Positions 8,851-18,819 of a stretch of DNA of 64,000 bases are shown piece after piece (position 1 is the first letter of the stretch; each line of letters opens with the position of its first letter). A program made the position numbers and the translations under genes. Below the pieces are notes generated by a model, which made no database searches, was not told where the DNA came from, and worked only from the letters and a program-made list of their open reading frames with translations. Source of the DNA: Verrucomicrobiia bacterium (GTDB lineage: Bacteria > Verrucomicrobiota > Verrucomicrobiia > Limisphaerales > UBA1319); assembly GCA_963664225.1 (NCBI GenBank), contig OY760937.1, forward strand, positions 4,096,001-4,160,000, written 5' to 3'.

Positions 8851-11007
8851 TTATTTCGATGCGCTTACTTTGACAGTCCCTTTTGAACGAATGTCGGCGG
8901 AGGAACTTCCCACCATGAGATCGAACGTTCCAGGCTCAACCCGGAATTGGTGAATCTTTTCGTCGTAGAACGCCAGCTTTTCGCCTTTTAGCGTAAAACC
9001 AACCGTCTGCTTTTCGCCCGGATTCAGGTGGATTCGTTTGAAGCCGCGTAATTCCCTGACTGGCCGTTTTACGCTGGATTGCCTGTCGTGGGTATAAAGC
9101 TGGACCACTTCGTCGCCAGCGCGTTGGCCCGTATTTTTGACATCCACACTGACGGTCAATTGTCCATTGGCCCGGATTTCTTTTTGCCCCACGCTCAAGC
9201 GACCATAACTGAACCTGGTGTAACTCAATCCATGGCCAAAAGGAAACAGGGGCGCGCCCTTGAGATACATGTAGGTGAAGCCCTTGGTCACGTCGTATTC
9301 GTCCTGAGGCGGCACCTGCTTTTCAGACGCATAAACGGTGTAAGGCAAACGACCGGCGGGGTTGAAATCGCCAAACAGGACATCGGCAATTGCGTTGCCG
9401 CCTTCCTCGCCATCCCACCAGGCTTCAAGAACGGCGGGTGCATGGCTCGCCACCCAGGGGATGGTCAACGGTCCGGCATTGAGGAGAACGACCACTGTGC
9501 GGGGATTGACTGCGAGCACGGCCTTGACCAATTCCTCCTGGTCGCCCGGCAGACCCAGCGAGGTCCGGTCGCGGCCCTCCTCTTCGATCTTTAAAGTGGT
9601 GCCGACATAGACGAGGGCAACGTCCGCTCCTTTTGCGGCTTCGACGGCTTTTTTGAAACCCTCCTCTTTGGAGAATTTTGAGGATGGAAGAATCTCGCAG
9701 CCTTTTGCGAACCGGACTTCCGTTCCCTGCGGAACGCGGTTTTGGATTCCCTGGAGTGGGTTTACAGAAATCTTTGCGATGCCGCTGTAGCCGCCTGCGG
9801 TGAACAGGTCCGCATGCGGCCCGATCACGGCGATGCTCTTCACCTTGCTTTTATCCAGCGGGAGAAGTTGGTTCTTGTTGACCAGCAAAACGATGGCCTC
9901 CCGGGCCGCCTTGAGCGACAGTGCGCGATGTTCGGGACTGCAAATCACGTTGGTCGAGATCGTGCTGAACGGCACCATGGATGCAGGATCGAATTCGCCC
10001 AGGCGGAAGCGATCCCGCAGCACGCGATGGAGGGCATCGTTCAGGCGCGACTCGGGAAGAAACCCCTTGCGGACCGCTCCCGGAATATTCTCCATGAATT
10101 CGCGGTCCGAAAAATCACAACCCGCGTTGAGCGATTGCGCCACGGCGTCCTCGTAGGTCATTTGCTTTTTGGTGTGGCCTTCCACCATCGTGTGAACACC
10201 CCCGAGATCAGAAACGACGAAGCCCTTGAAGCCCCATTGGTTTTTGAGAATATCCGTCAGGAGCGCCTTGTTGATGTTGTTTGGAACACCATTAATGGCG
10301 TTGTAGGAGGCCATGATGGATTGGGCCTGGCCCTCGACAATGCAATCGCGGAAATGCGGCAGCCAATACTCATGCAGCATGCGTTCGCTGACATTGACGG
10401 ATAATTCCTGGCGGCGGTTTTCCACGTTGTTCACGGCAAAATGTTTGAGCGTGGAGACCAGTTTCAAATACTTCGGATCGCTGCCCTGCAAGCCTGTGAC
10501 AAACGAAACACCGATGCGGCCGGTCAGGAAAGGGTCTTCGCCGTAGCACTCATTGATCCGGCCCCAGTAGGGGTTGCGGCTGATATTGATGACGGGGGCG
10601 CGATAAATGAGGCCCTTTTTCTCGCCGGGAAAATTCGGGTCCTGGTGCCATCCGTTGTAAATAGCGCGCGCCTCGTCGGAAATGGTGTTCGCCACTTCGT
10701 GAACCAGGTTGGTATCCCAGGTCGCGGCCAGGGCAATCGAGACGGGAAACATGGTCGTCGGGCGATTCCACCAAACTCCGTGGAGGCACTGGTTCCATTT
10801 ATCGGCTCGAATTCCAAAGCGTTTGACGTCCGGGCCGTTGTGGTTCAGCAGCGTCGCTTTCTCTTCGAGTGTGAGCTTGGAAATCAGGTCCTGAACCCGG
10901 TCCTCCACGGGGAGCGATGCATCGAGATAAACCGGGGTTGGTTCCGCCTTTGCGATGCCCAGGGCAAGCCCCAGGGCCGTGATGGTTGCGAACAGAACAG
11001 TTTTCAT
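8851..11007 (-). CDS. Secreted GH3 glycoside hydrolase (beta-glucosidase/xylosidase)
   Basis: Signal peptide; RNPYWGR, GEDP, LKHFAVNN, GFVVSD nucleophile motif, PFGHGLSYT, Fn3-like C-terminus. Confidence 0.92.
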   Translation of the reverse strand: MKTVLFATITALGLALGIAKAEPTPVYLDASLPVEDRVQDLISKLTLEEKATLLNHNGPDVKRFGIRADKWNQCLHGVWWNRPTTMFPVSIALAATWDTNLVHEVANTISDEARAIYNGWHQDPNFPGEKKGLIYRAPVINISRNPYWGRINECYGEDPFLTGRIGVSFVTGLQGSDPKYLKLVSTLKHFAVNNVENRRQELSVNVSERMLHEYWLPHFRDCIVEGQAQSIMASYNAINGVPNNINKALLTDILKNQWGFKGFVVSDLGGVHTMVEGHTKKQMTYEDAVAQSLNAGCDFSDREFMENIPGAVRKGFLPESRLNDALHRVLRDRFRLGEFDPASMVPFSTISTNVICSPEHRALSLKAAREAIVLLVNKNQLLPLDKSKVKSIAVIGPHADLFTAGGYSGIAKISVNPLQGIQNRVPQGTEVRFAKGCEILPSSKFSKEEGFKKAVEAAKGADVALVYVGTTLKIEEEGRDRTSLGLPGDQEELVKAVLAVNPRTVVVLLNAGPLTIPWVASHAPAVLEAWWDGEEGGNAIADVLFGDFNPAGRLPYTVYASEKQVPPQDEYDVTKGFTYMYLKGAPLFPFGHGLSYTRFSYGRLSVGQKEIRANGQLTVSVDVKNTGQRAGDEVVQLYTHDRQSSVKRPVRELRGFKRIHLNPGEKQTVGFTLKGEKLAFYDEKIHQFRVEPGTFDLMVGSSSADIRSKGTVKVSASK

Positions 11008-11160
11008 CGGGTTTTGGTTATGAAACGCATTTAATGAACGATATATTCTGATGGCCCATTGCTAGATCAAAATCAATTGGCTGACGAGGCTGAAATAGGG
11101 GTTGGTTTGGAGGCAAATGCATGACAAGAATCCTCTGCAAGAAAACAAGCTCTCACAAAT

Positions 11161-11188
11161 TGAACCTTTTGACGGCTTTTGCATTCTA
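11161..11188 (+). promoter_or_regulatory. Candidate ECF-type autoregulatory promoter
   Basis: TGAACC...CATTCTA directly upstream of the sigma start codon. Confidence 0.4.
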
Positions 11189-11198
11189 CCAAGTGGCA

Positions 11199-11750
11199 AT
11201 GCTCGTGGAAACCGCAGAACAAAAACTGCCAGTGAGCGAGGCGAGGGCGGGGGACGCCCGAGCCTGGGAGGTTCTGCTTGCCCGTTACCGATTGCCGCTT
11301 TACGCGTATGTATTTGAGCTCGTCCATCAGGAACAAACCAGCCTCGACATTGTCCAGGAGGCCTTCATCAATGCGGCCGCGCACATCCACAGCCTGCAGC
11401 ACGATGAGAAGTTCGGGTCCTGGCTCTTCAACATCGCACATCAAAAATGCATCCAGCATTGGCGTAAACGACGCCCCAATGAGATTTCCGTCGATCCCCA
11501 GGACGAGGCTTACCCTGATGACTCGCCTGATCCGCAGGAATTGCTCATCCGCCGGGAACAGGAGGAGGCGTTCATGAAATTGCTGGATCAACTGCCCCTG
11601 CCGCAGCGTTCGGTCGTGCTGTTGCACTTCATCGAGGAATTCCCGCTTGAAGACATCGCGCGCATTACTGAGACGCGAATCGGCACCGTGAAATCGCGAC
11701 TGCATTACGCACGAAAAGCTTTGCGAAAACTGATTGAGGAGGAGACATGA
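11199..11750 (+). CDS. ECF sigma-70 factor
   Basis: Region 2 DIVQEAFI..FGSWLFNIA; region 4 GTVKSRLHYAR. Confidence 0.92.
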   Translation: MLVETAEQKLPVSEARAGDARAWEVLLARYRLPLYAYVFELVHQEQTSLDIVQEAFINAAAHIHSLQHDEKFGSWLFNIAHQKCIQHWRKRRPNEISVDPQDEAYPDDSPDPQELLIRREQEEAFMKLLDQLPLPQRSVVLLHFIEEFPLEDIARITETRIGTVKSRLHYARKALRKLIEEET

Positions 11751-12187
11751 AAACTCCGCGGGAATTGATTTTGGAACGACATCGGGCCATTGAGTCCAGG
11801 CTGGATCGAATCCGCCCGGAGGAGCTTGCGGCTCAGGCACGGGCGGCGTTGGCGTCAACGGCCCATCCCAGTCCCACGAGGCAAGAAACCGGGCTTTGGG
11901 CGGTTGCCCGTGAATTTTGGATGGAATCGATCCGGCCCTGGCGCCGGGCCTGGATTGGCATGGCGGCGGCCTGGATCGTGATACTTGTGGCATTCGCGGC
12001 CACGCATGACACGCCCCAGATGGCGCGGGTCAAAGTGAGCCCACCCAGTCCTGAATTGATGGCCGCATTGCGCGAGCAACGGCAGATGATGCTGCAACTG
12101 TTCGAGCCTGCGGCTTCGGTGCGACCTGTGGAATCCAAGATTCCGGGCCCGCGCAGCGAGCAACGGATCGTCGCGTACTTCACCTGA
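11747..12187 (+). CDS. Putative anti-sigma factor, single transmembrane helix
   Basis: 4-bp overlap with sigma gene; central segment WIGMAAAWIVILVAFAA. Confidence 0.6.
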   Translation: MKTPRELILERHRAIESRLDRIRPEELAAQARAALASTAHPSPTRQETGLWAVAREFWMESIRPWRRAWIGMAAAWIVILVAFAATHDTPQMARVKVSPPSPELMAALREQRQMMLQLFEPAASVRPVESKIPGPRSEQRIVAYFT

Positions 12188-12196
12188 TTCGAATTT

Positions 12197-13795
12197 ATGA
12201 CAAACTCAAATTCAGCGCCAAATGTGTCGCGATTTCCCACGTTCGTGCGTTTGTTTCATTGGCTCGTGAGTTGGCGAATGCTGGGGCGCGTGATGGTGGT
12301 TGTGGGCGCGCTGGCCACGCTCGTGGTTCTGTTTTATGCGGAGGAAAATGTGCGCGGCAAACACGCGTGGAATCAATACCGGCAACAACTCGAGGCCAAG
12401 GGTGAGAAGCTGGATTTTTGGGCCTTTGTGCCACCGCCGGTGCCGGACGATCAGAACTTTACCATGACCCCTTTTCTCGCACCGCTATTTGATTTTAATC
12501 CTAAACCCTTGGAATCGGGTCAATCGCTTTGGCGCGATACCAATGGTTTTCAACGGGCCAATGAATTTGCAAAAGAGTTAAATTCCGTAAGATCTCCTGC
12601 GTGGGCAAGAGGCCAATTCACGGACTTCCAAGCCTCGATCATGAAGCCCAAGGGAATCACCTCCTCAACGAAAACCGCATCCACCAGGGCGGAATCCGCC
12701 GAGGAAGTTCTGCAAATCCTGAAGAAATACGATGCCGTGTTCGATGAGTTGCGGACCGCCAGCCAACGTCCCCATGCGCGTTTTAATGTCAAATACACGA
12801 ATGAATTTGCTCCATCTACTCTGCTGCCGCACCTCAATTTCGTGGGACACGCAGTCGCAGCGTTTCAATTGCGGGCGTCGGCTGAGCTGGCTCTCATTCA
12901 GCCTGACGCGGCATGGTCGGATACCAGAATGTCCCTTTACATGGCAGACACCCTTAAGGACGAGCCATTCATTATCTCTGAGCTGGTTCGGAGCGGGTTG
13001 GTGCAGCGATCGATTCAACCCATCTGGGAAGGCCTGGCCGAGCACAAATGGTCGGAAGCCCAACTCCGGGAAATGGAACAGCGCCTTGGGCAAATTGCGA
13101 TTCTGACGCCAACGGCCATGCGGGGAGAATTGGCCTATACGGTTTTAACCATCGATCAAATGCGTACCCAAGCAGAGAATGAATGGCGCATGTGGACGTT
13201 GCCTTTCGCAAAGACCGAAATCCCCCATTTTCTGATCCCTGACGGTTGGTTTTACCAGAACCAACTGGCAATCATACGATCCTATGTAGAGCTGGTGTTA
13301 CCAGTGATCGATGAACCAAACAGAGTGTTTCCCGCCAAAGCCGTCGCAAACGAGGAGATTATAAAAAAGGAGTATGACGGTGGTTTTTCTCCCTATCGGT
13401 TCCTGATCAAACCATTCTTACTTGGCGAGGAGATGGATATGGCCCTGTTTGAAGCAGAACGCAAAATTGCTCTGGGTCAAACTCGGGTGAACGAAGCGAT
13501 TGTGGCCTGCGCGCTCGAACGGTATCGTCTCGCCAATGGGCAGTTTCCAGAAACGTTGAATGCGATCAGCCCGCAATTTCTTGAAAAAATGCCGTTGGAT
13601 GTGATCACGGGTGAGCCACTCAAGTATCGCCGCACCACGGATGGACAATTCGTTCTCTACTCAGTGGGTTGGAATGCCAAAGACGATGTTGGCACGTTGG
13701 CATGGGGTCGCGGAAAACTCCACACGAATCATGACAATTCGCCAACGGAAGATACCAAACTTGGCGATTGGGTGTGGCAGTATCCCGCGAAATAA
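12197..13795 (+). CDS. Membrane-anchored hypothetical protein with GspG-like C-terminal motif
   Basis: N-terminal transmembrane helix; LERYRLANGQFPETL..YRR..LYSVGWNAKDD. Confidence 0.6.
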   Translation: MTNSNSAPNVSRFPTFVRLFHWLVSWRMLGRVMVVVGALATLVVLFYAEENVRGKHAWNQYRQQLEAKGEKLDFWAFVPPPVPDDQNFTMTPFLAPLFDFNPKPLESGQSLWRDTNGFQRANEFAKELNSVRSPAWARGQFTDFQASIMKPKGITSSTKTASTRAESAEEVLQILKKYDAVFDELRTASQRPHARFNVKYTNEFAPSTLLPHLNFVGHAVAAFQLRASAELALIQPDAAWSDTRMSLYMADTLKDEPFIISELVRSGLVQRSIQPIWEGLAEHKWSEAQLREMEQRLGQIAILTPTAMRGELAYTVLTIDQMRTQAENEWRMWTLPFAKTEIPHFLIPDGWFYQNQLAIIRSYVELVLPVIDEPNRVFPAKAVANEEIIKKEYDGGFSPYRFLIKPFLLGEEMDMALFEAERKIALGQTRVNEAIVACALERYRLANGQFPETLNAISPQFLEKMPLDVITGEPLKYRRTTDGQFVLYSVGWNAKDDVGTLAWGRGKLHTNHDNSPTEDTKLGDWVWQYPAK

Positions 13796-13842
13796 TAATT
13801 CTTCGCAGTGGTTTGGCGCATCGAGGAGTTGGCCGAAAAGAC

Positions 13843-16116
13843 TTAATCCGCGCGCGGTTCCACAGGTCCGCGCCAGACGCTTCCGCCGAAGGTGGTGACA
13901 TGCATCGCGGTGTCGTCCGAAGGATCAAAGGCGACGCGCTGGATATTTGAGAACGGCAGATCTTTGAATGGGTTCCAGGTTTTTCCATTGTCCTTGGACA
14001 GCCACAAACCCGCGCCGGGGGCTCCTTCCGTGAGTGTCATGTAAATCCAACCGTTCCGTTTGGGATGGAAATATCCGCCGAAAGTCTGCGGGCCTTCGCG
14101 GCCAATTCGCTCCCAGGTCTTGCCGCCGTCTTTCGTCAGATAGAGCCCGCCAGACTGGTCAGCGCCACCCGAATTGCATGCGCCGATGAGAATTTTGCTG
14201 CTGTCATGGGGATCAACCGAAAAGTCCTTGGGATAGAGCAACGGCTGCGAGTTCTTGATTTTTTCCCACGTTTCCGCGCCGTCCTTGGACCGATACAAAC
14301 CGACGCCCTCGCTCGATAGAGGTTTCCCAGCGCCCGGTCGCATGGCGCAGATCATGGCAAAGAGAGTGCCATCCGGGTGAAGGATCACACGGGAGACGCG
14401 CATGTTTTGAGGGGCACCCAGACCGGATTTTTTAAGCGTCCAGGTTTTGCCGTCGTCAGTGGATTTATAGACGCCCTCCATGAAGACCCCGGCGTAGAGC
14501 GTACGCGAGTCCTTCGGGCTCTTGGGATCGAGCACGATACTCGTGACCGCACGGGCGGGAATGCCTTTGGCCTCGGGTTTCCACGAGGCACCGAAGTCTC
14601 TTGAAATGCAGACACCGCCGGGAAGGTTATGGCCGTGACGCTCTGAGATGATGTTGTCGTTGGGAATGTCATGCACATCCGAGAACGCGCCCCAGATTTT
14701 GCCGGGCGTTTCGGGATCAAAGGCCATTTCGTAACAAGTGTTGCGCCAGGGCGCCCAGGATTTCTGGTCCCACCAAATCCAGGTATGGCCCGCGTCGAGC
14801 GAGCGCCCCATTCCGATGTCGGTATAACAGATGTAATGGCGATTCGATTCGAAGGGATCGATGTAGTAGTTCCAAGTGGTGGTCACCACGAGACCGTTGC
14901 AGATCCAGGGGATGCCAGGTTTGGGCTTCTGGCCGGGAGCAGGGTAGGTGCTGCCATTGAACCAGTTTGTTCCGCCGTCGTGGGTGATGTGAGCCTCGTT
15001 CATGACGAGCATGACACGCTCAGGATCTGAATTGCAGATGGACACGCCAAACGGAGTGTCGCCGCCCTTGAACGATTGCCCAGTGGAGGCAATGACATAA
15101 TCGGGCGCGACGTTGCATTGGGCAAATCGCGGGTCCTGGAAATAAGTGGCGCGCCAGGTGTCGCCACCGTCATCGCTTCGATAGACGGTTTCGTGATGCG
15201 GTGGATGAAACCCCGTGCTCGTATTGAAGGCATAAACCGTGAGCGGTCTGGCATCGGTGGCGAGCAGTTGATGGTATTGCGCAACCGCTCCGGCGGCCCA
15301 TTCGTCTGCCTTGGTGGTCTCCTTGTTAATCCCTTGGCCCATCGCCGGTTGCCAGGTTTCGCCTCGATCCTTCGAGCGATATACGCCTCCCTTAATTGCG
15401 CCGTTCTCTGCCTGACTGCGGACAGTGCAGTAGAGCATTGCCACGCTGCTCGCTGCATCGGAGCCTCCCGCGAATCCCTCGACCTCTTTCCATGGCAGAC
15501 CGTTATTCTTTTCCGCCCATGTGCGGCCTTCATCGTCGGAACGCCAGATGCCGTTCGCTGTGGCCGCAAACATCACGCGGCCTTTCGTTGTGCGATCAAA
15601 ATGAAGTCCGATCAACCGGCCTGCGGACGCATGGCACGCATTCCACGTCACCCCGGCATCGCGCGACAAGTGCCACTGGCCATTACGCGTGCCTGCCAAC
15701 ATAAGGTCCGGGTTGGAGGGGTTAATGGAAATTTCGCACGAGAGCGAATCCTTGAGATTGCCGATGGGAGCGAAGGTCCTGCCCCGGTCCCGGCTGACGC
15801 GAAGCTGGCCGCCCGAGGAAGCGTATAGGATGTCCCGGTTGGCAGGATGAAAACCGGGGCGACATTGGGTGTCGCTGCGCAGTTGCGCCTGGTGAATCAT
15901 GCGCCAATTCCGGCCGCCATCTTCGGAAATGTAGGCGGCGCCCATGTCGCAATTAATCATCATCAGGTTCGGATCGGCTGCGGAGATCGCGGGCGAGAAC
16001 ATTCCGCCACCGCCGGAAAAGCCGACGGGATCCCAGGACGTTGCAGCGATGGCTGGGGTGCAATGGGAAATTCCCAATGCCACCATGGCGACAAGGGACA
16101 ATAAAATACGTTTCAT
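13843..16116 (-). CDS. Secreted BNR/Asp-box beta-propeller protein (GH74/sialidase-like)
   Basis: Signal peptide; many SxDGGxTW repeats. Confidence 0.8.
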   Translation of the reverse strand: MKRILLSLVAMVALGISHCTPAIAATSWDPVGFSGGGGMFSPAISAADPNLMMINCDMGAAYISEDGGRNWRMIHQAQLRSDTQCRPGFHPANRDILYASSGGQLRVSRDRGRTFAPIGNLKDSLSCEISINPSNPDLMLAGTRNGQWHLSRDAGVTWNACHASAGRLIGLHFDRTTKGRVMFAATANGIWRSDDEGRTWAEKNNGLPWKEVEGFAGGSDAASSVAMLYCTVRSQAENGAIKGGVYRSKDRGETWQPAMGQGINKETTKADEWAAGAVAQYHQLLATDARPLTVYAFNTSTGFHPPHHETVYRSDDGGDTWRATYFQDPRFAQCNVAPDYVIASTGQSFKGGDTPFGVSICNSDPERVMLVMNEAHITHDGGTNWFNGSTYPAPGQKPKPGIPWICNGLVVTTTWNYYIDPFESNRHYICYTDIGMGRSLDAGHTWIWWDQKSWAPWRNTCYEMAFDPETPGKIWGAFSDVHDIPNDNIISERHGHNLPGGVCISRDFGASWKPEAKGIPARAVTSIVLDPKSPKDSRTLYAGVFMEGVYKSTDDGKTWTLKKSGLGAPQNMRVSRVILHPDGTLFAMICAMRPGAGKPLSSEGVGLYRSKDGAETWEKIKNSQPLLYPKDFSVDPHDSSKILIGACNSGGADQSGGLYLTKDGGKTWERIGREGPQTFGGYFHPKRNGWIYMTLTEGAPGAGLWLSKDNGKTWNPFKDLPFSNIQRVAFDPSDDTAMHVTTFGGSVWRGPVEPRAD

Positions 16117-16143
16117 GATCTGCTGGATTAATTGAGAAGCCGT

Positions 16144-17370
16144 TTAATGATCTTTGGCCAGAAACCACGGGGTTGAAATCATCCCACCCCAACTATCCGG
16201 CTTGTGATTGGCGATGAAAATCCTGCGCAATGTTTCGTCATGCGTCACCAGCGAGGTCCAGAGCAGTCCCGGCGCATTTTTCCAACGCTCGTCCGGTTCC
16301 CCTCCATCGATGCGCTGGAATTTTGCGTTCTCGATTTTCTGGTTCCACATAAAGTCGCGATTGGTGGCGATGAGTCGATCGAGGTCGGTCTTTGTGAAAA
16401 CCAGCCCGTGTTCGAACGCGCAAGTGATGGCCTCAACGTCGATTCCGTAATAACCGCCGTTGGGATGCACGCCTACCCAATGGGCCGTTGCGCCATTGGG
16501 CTTGTAGTCCCAGGGCCCGGCTGGTTCCCAATAATTCCAGACGAAATACTTTCCGTTCACGCGGGTTTTCATGCGCGATTTCATCAATGCAAACCACTTC
16601 TCCGCCCGCTCCCGATAGGCCGCATTTCCGGTCACGTCATGCATCGCCACAAGCCACAGTGCGATATGATTGAGTTTGTTGTCGGGATTGGTGAATCCGG
16701 TTGATTTGCGATCGGTGTAGCCCGATGACCATTGGCCTGTCTGAAGGTTGATTCCAAAGGCGGGCACGACCCAAACGCCTCCGCCGTTGACCTCGCGCCA
16801 GCAATCGCGGGAGTCCCATTTTTTGAAGGTTTCCACTGCGAGGTTGATGTAGCTTTGCGCCTTCAGACCCCATTTTTCCTTCAATGCGGGAGACTTCAGA
16901 ATCTCGTCCGCCATCAGAACGATGGGCCGGAACATCATGGCCTCACCCAGCAGACTGTCCGCCATGAACTCCTTCGACTCGTCGCCGCCGCCGTTGCCCT
17001 TGGGCCAGCCGATGAAGCCATCCGGTTCCTTCACACCGCGCCGGATGCAGGCGTCGGTCCAATCAATAAATTGTTCCACCCACTTGGGATCGTGTGTGGC
17101 CAGGTAGCCATAATAGTAAGCGTTTAGAAAAGGGCTTACGTGCCAGCCCAATTCCTCGCCCATTTCCTTGTCGCAGTAGCGGTTGCGTGAGTCGCCGAGA
17201 ATGCTTTTCTCCCAGCGGGAGAGCCAGTCCCTGCCTTGGGAAGTGCTGAGGAATGGCGGTCTTGTCGAAACATCGGTGGCCAGCAGGGTGTGATTAAGGA
17301 GAAGGTTCGAGGCCGAAGTCAAAAGAACGGTTTCCACGGAAACGCGTTTAAGGAATGAGCGGCGGTTCAT
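16144..17370 (-). CDS. Tat-exported hypothetical protein
   Basis: MNRRSFLKR leader; 408 aa, Trp/Tyr-rich; co-oriented with the BNR gene. Confidence 0.7.
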   Translation of the reverse strand: MNRRSFLKRVSVETVLLTSASNLLLNHTLLATDVSTRPPFLSTSQGRDWLSRWEKSILGDSRNRYCDKEMGEELGWHVSPFLNAYYYGYLATHDPKWVEQFIDWTDACIRRGVKEPDGFIGWPKGNGGGDESKEFMADSLLGEAMMFRPIVLMADEILKSPALKEKWGLKAQSYINLAVETFKKWDSRDCWREVNGGGVWVVPAFGINLQTGQWSSGYTDRKSTGFTNPDNKLNHIALWLVAMHDVTGNAAYRERAEKWFALMKSRMKTRVNGKYFVWNYWEPAGPWDYKPNGATAHWVGVHPNGGYYGIDVEAITCAFEHGLVFTKTDLDRLIATNRDFMWNQKIENAKFQRIDGGEPDERWKNAPGLLWTSLVTHDETLRRIFIANHKPDSWGGMISTPWFLAKDH

Positions 17371-17725
17371 GAAGCAGGAGATTACACCTCGGGCCGATTT
17401 ACTGCCAAGCTTTCCCTTGGGGCCAGCGACGGAGAGATTTGGGAACAGGATGACAGCAACGGGCCATTTTAATGTTCCTGGAAGCGGTCTTTTTCGGGTT
17501 TTTGATCCGCTTTTTGAATGGAAGCTTTGGGAACATGAGATTTTGGTTTCAAGAGAGTGTTGTTTGCGCTTGCCTGAAAAAATATTTTCCGCATATTAGG
17601 TGTCGTTGACGCAAGGTCGCCGGGCATGCTTCCAACCATGCGCGGTTGAACGGGGTGACAAAAGAGGTTGCCAAACGTTCCGGCTTTCGCGGAAACGGTT
17701 TGAAAGTGTTGATGATGAGTGGGAT

Positions 17726-17801
17726 GGGGTCGTAGCTCAGTTGGTAGAGCGTCTCGTTCGCAATGAGAAGGTCGCAGGTTCGATTCCTGTCGGCTCCACC
17801 A
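17726..17801 (+). tRNA. tRNA-Ala (anticodon CGC)
   Basis: GGGGTCG/CGGCTCC acceptor stem with G3:U70, D-arm AGCTCAGTTGGTAGAGC, anticodon loop TTCGCAA, GGTTCGATTCC T-arm, encoded CCA. Confidence 0.97.
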
Positions 17802-17843
17802 TCTTCGGTTTCGTGTCCTTCCGTCTTGCCCTGCAGGGCTTCG

Positions 17844-18629
17844 ATGGATAGAACTGCTTTTGTGATTCCTAATTTTCTGGCGAACGCAGCAATGCGGGCG
17901 CGCATTCCCCGGATATTCGTCGTTTTTCTCGCGAGTTGGATGGTAGTCGTCACCGGCCTGGTTCTGGCGGTTTCCTGGAAAAATCACCCCCAACGGGCCG
18001 TACTCCTCATGGCGTGGGGATTAATCCTGCTCTGGATCGCGGGATGCGGGCTGGCGATGTTTCACTGGCGCGATTTCTGGTGTCGGCTCTCGAACAAGGT
18101 GCGATTGCCCTGGGGAGTCAAATTTGTTCTGGGCTGCACGTTCCTGGCGTGCCTGGAAGAATCCATCACCACGCTCATGACGAATTGCGCACCGCTCTTC
18201 GGGGTGAAAATCGGCCAGGCCTACATCACCGCCTCGGCCAATTATTTCGACGTCATTCTTTACCACAGCGTCGTCGTGTTTGTGCCGTTCTTCGTCGGTT
18301 GGGCGGTCATGCTGCGCTATTGGAAATTCTCGCCGTTCGCGGTGTTTGTTCTGTTCGGAATCACGGGGTTGTTTTGTGAAACGATTTCCTTCGGTCTGCA
18401 AAATCTCGGCAGCTTTGGTTTCTGGATGCTCGTTTACGGGCTGATGATCTGGCTGCCCGCACATTGGGCGCCTGTAGACCGTCCCGCGCGCGAGCCCCGC
18501 TGGTGGGCCTATCCGCTGGCCGTCTTCATCCCTTATCTTTTCATGCCGCTGATGCCGGTTCTCGCGCCGTGGATTTTGTTCACGGCAAAACATCCGTCGA
18601 TTCATTTTCCGCCCATTGGAGGAGGGTGA
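17844..18629 (+). CDS. Multi-pass membrane hypothetical protein (start uncertain)
   Basis: About 7 hydrophobic segments. Confidence 0.7.
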   Translation: MDRTAFVIPNFLANAAMRARIPRIFVVFLASWMVVVTGLVLAVSWKNHPQRAVLLMAWGLILLWIAGCGLAMFHWRDFWCRLSNKVRLPWGVKFVLGCTFLACLEESITTLMTNCAPLFGVKIGQAYITASANYFDVILYHSVVVFVPFFVGWAVMLRYWKFSPFAVFVLFGITGLFCETISFGLQNLGSFGFWMLVYGLMIWLPAHWAPVDRPAREPRWWAYPLAVFIPYLFMPLMPVLAPWILFTAKHPSIHFPPIGGG

Positions 18630-18634
18630 AACAA

Positions 18635-18673
18635 GCCACCTCACCCCGGCCCCCCCCAAAGGCGGAGAGGGAG
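18635..18673. repeat. REP-like element, CCTCACCCCGGCCC..GGAGAGGG type
   Basis: Intergenic imperfect hairpin; related element near 61470-61525. Confidence 0.4.
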
Positions 18674-18819
18674 GACTTTTTCGCGTTTGCTGAACCATTG
18701 GATGATTGGAAAGGTGCGACTGCGCTGGATTTACGGGCGAGGAATGAGGGGGAGATAGCGCTCTGGAAAATTACTTTGCGAGGGGCCTCGGGTGTATTAG
18801 GCTCATGCACATCAAATCC

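Noticed and set aside
17726..17830. tRNA-Ala as the integration site of the downstream island
   Set aside because: No duplicated tRNA 3' end and no phage-type integrase seen
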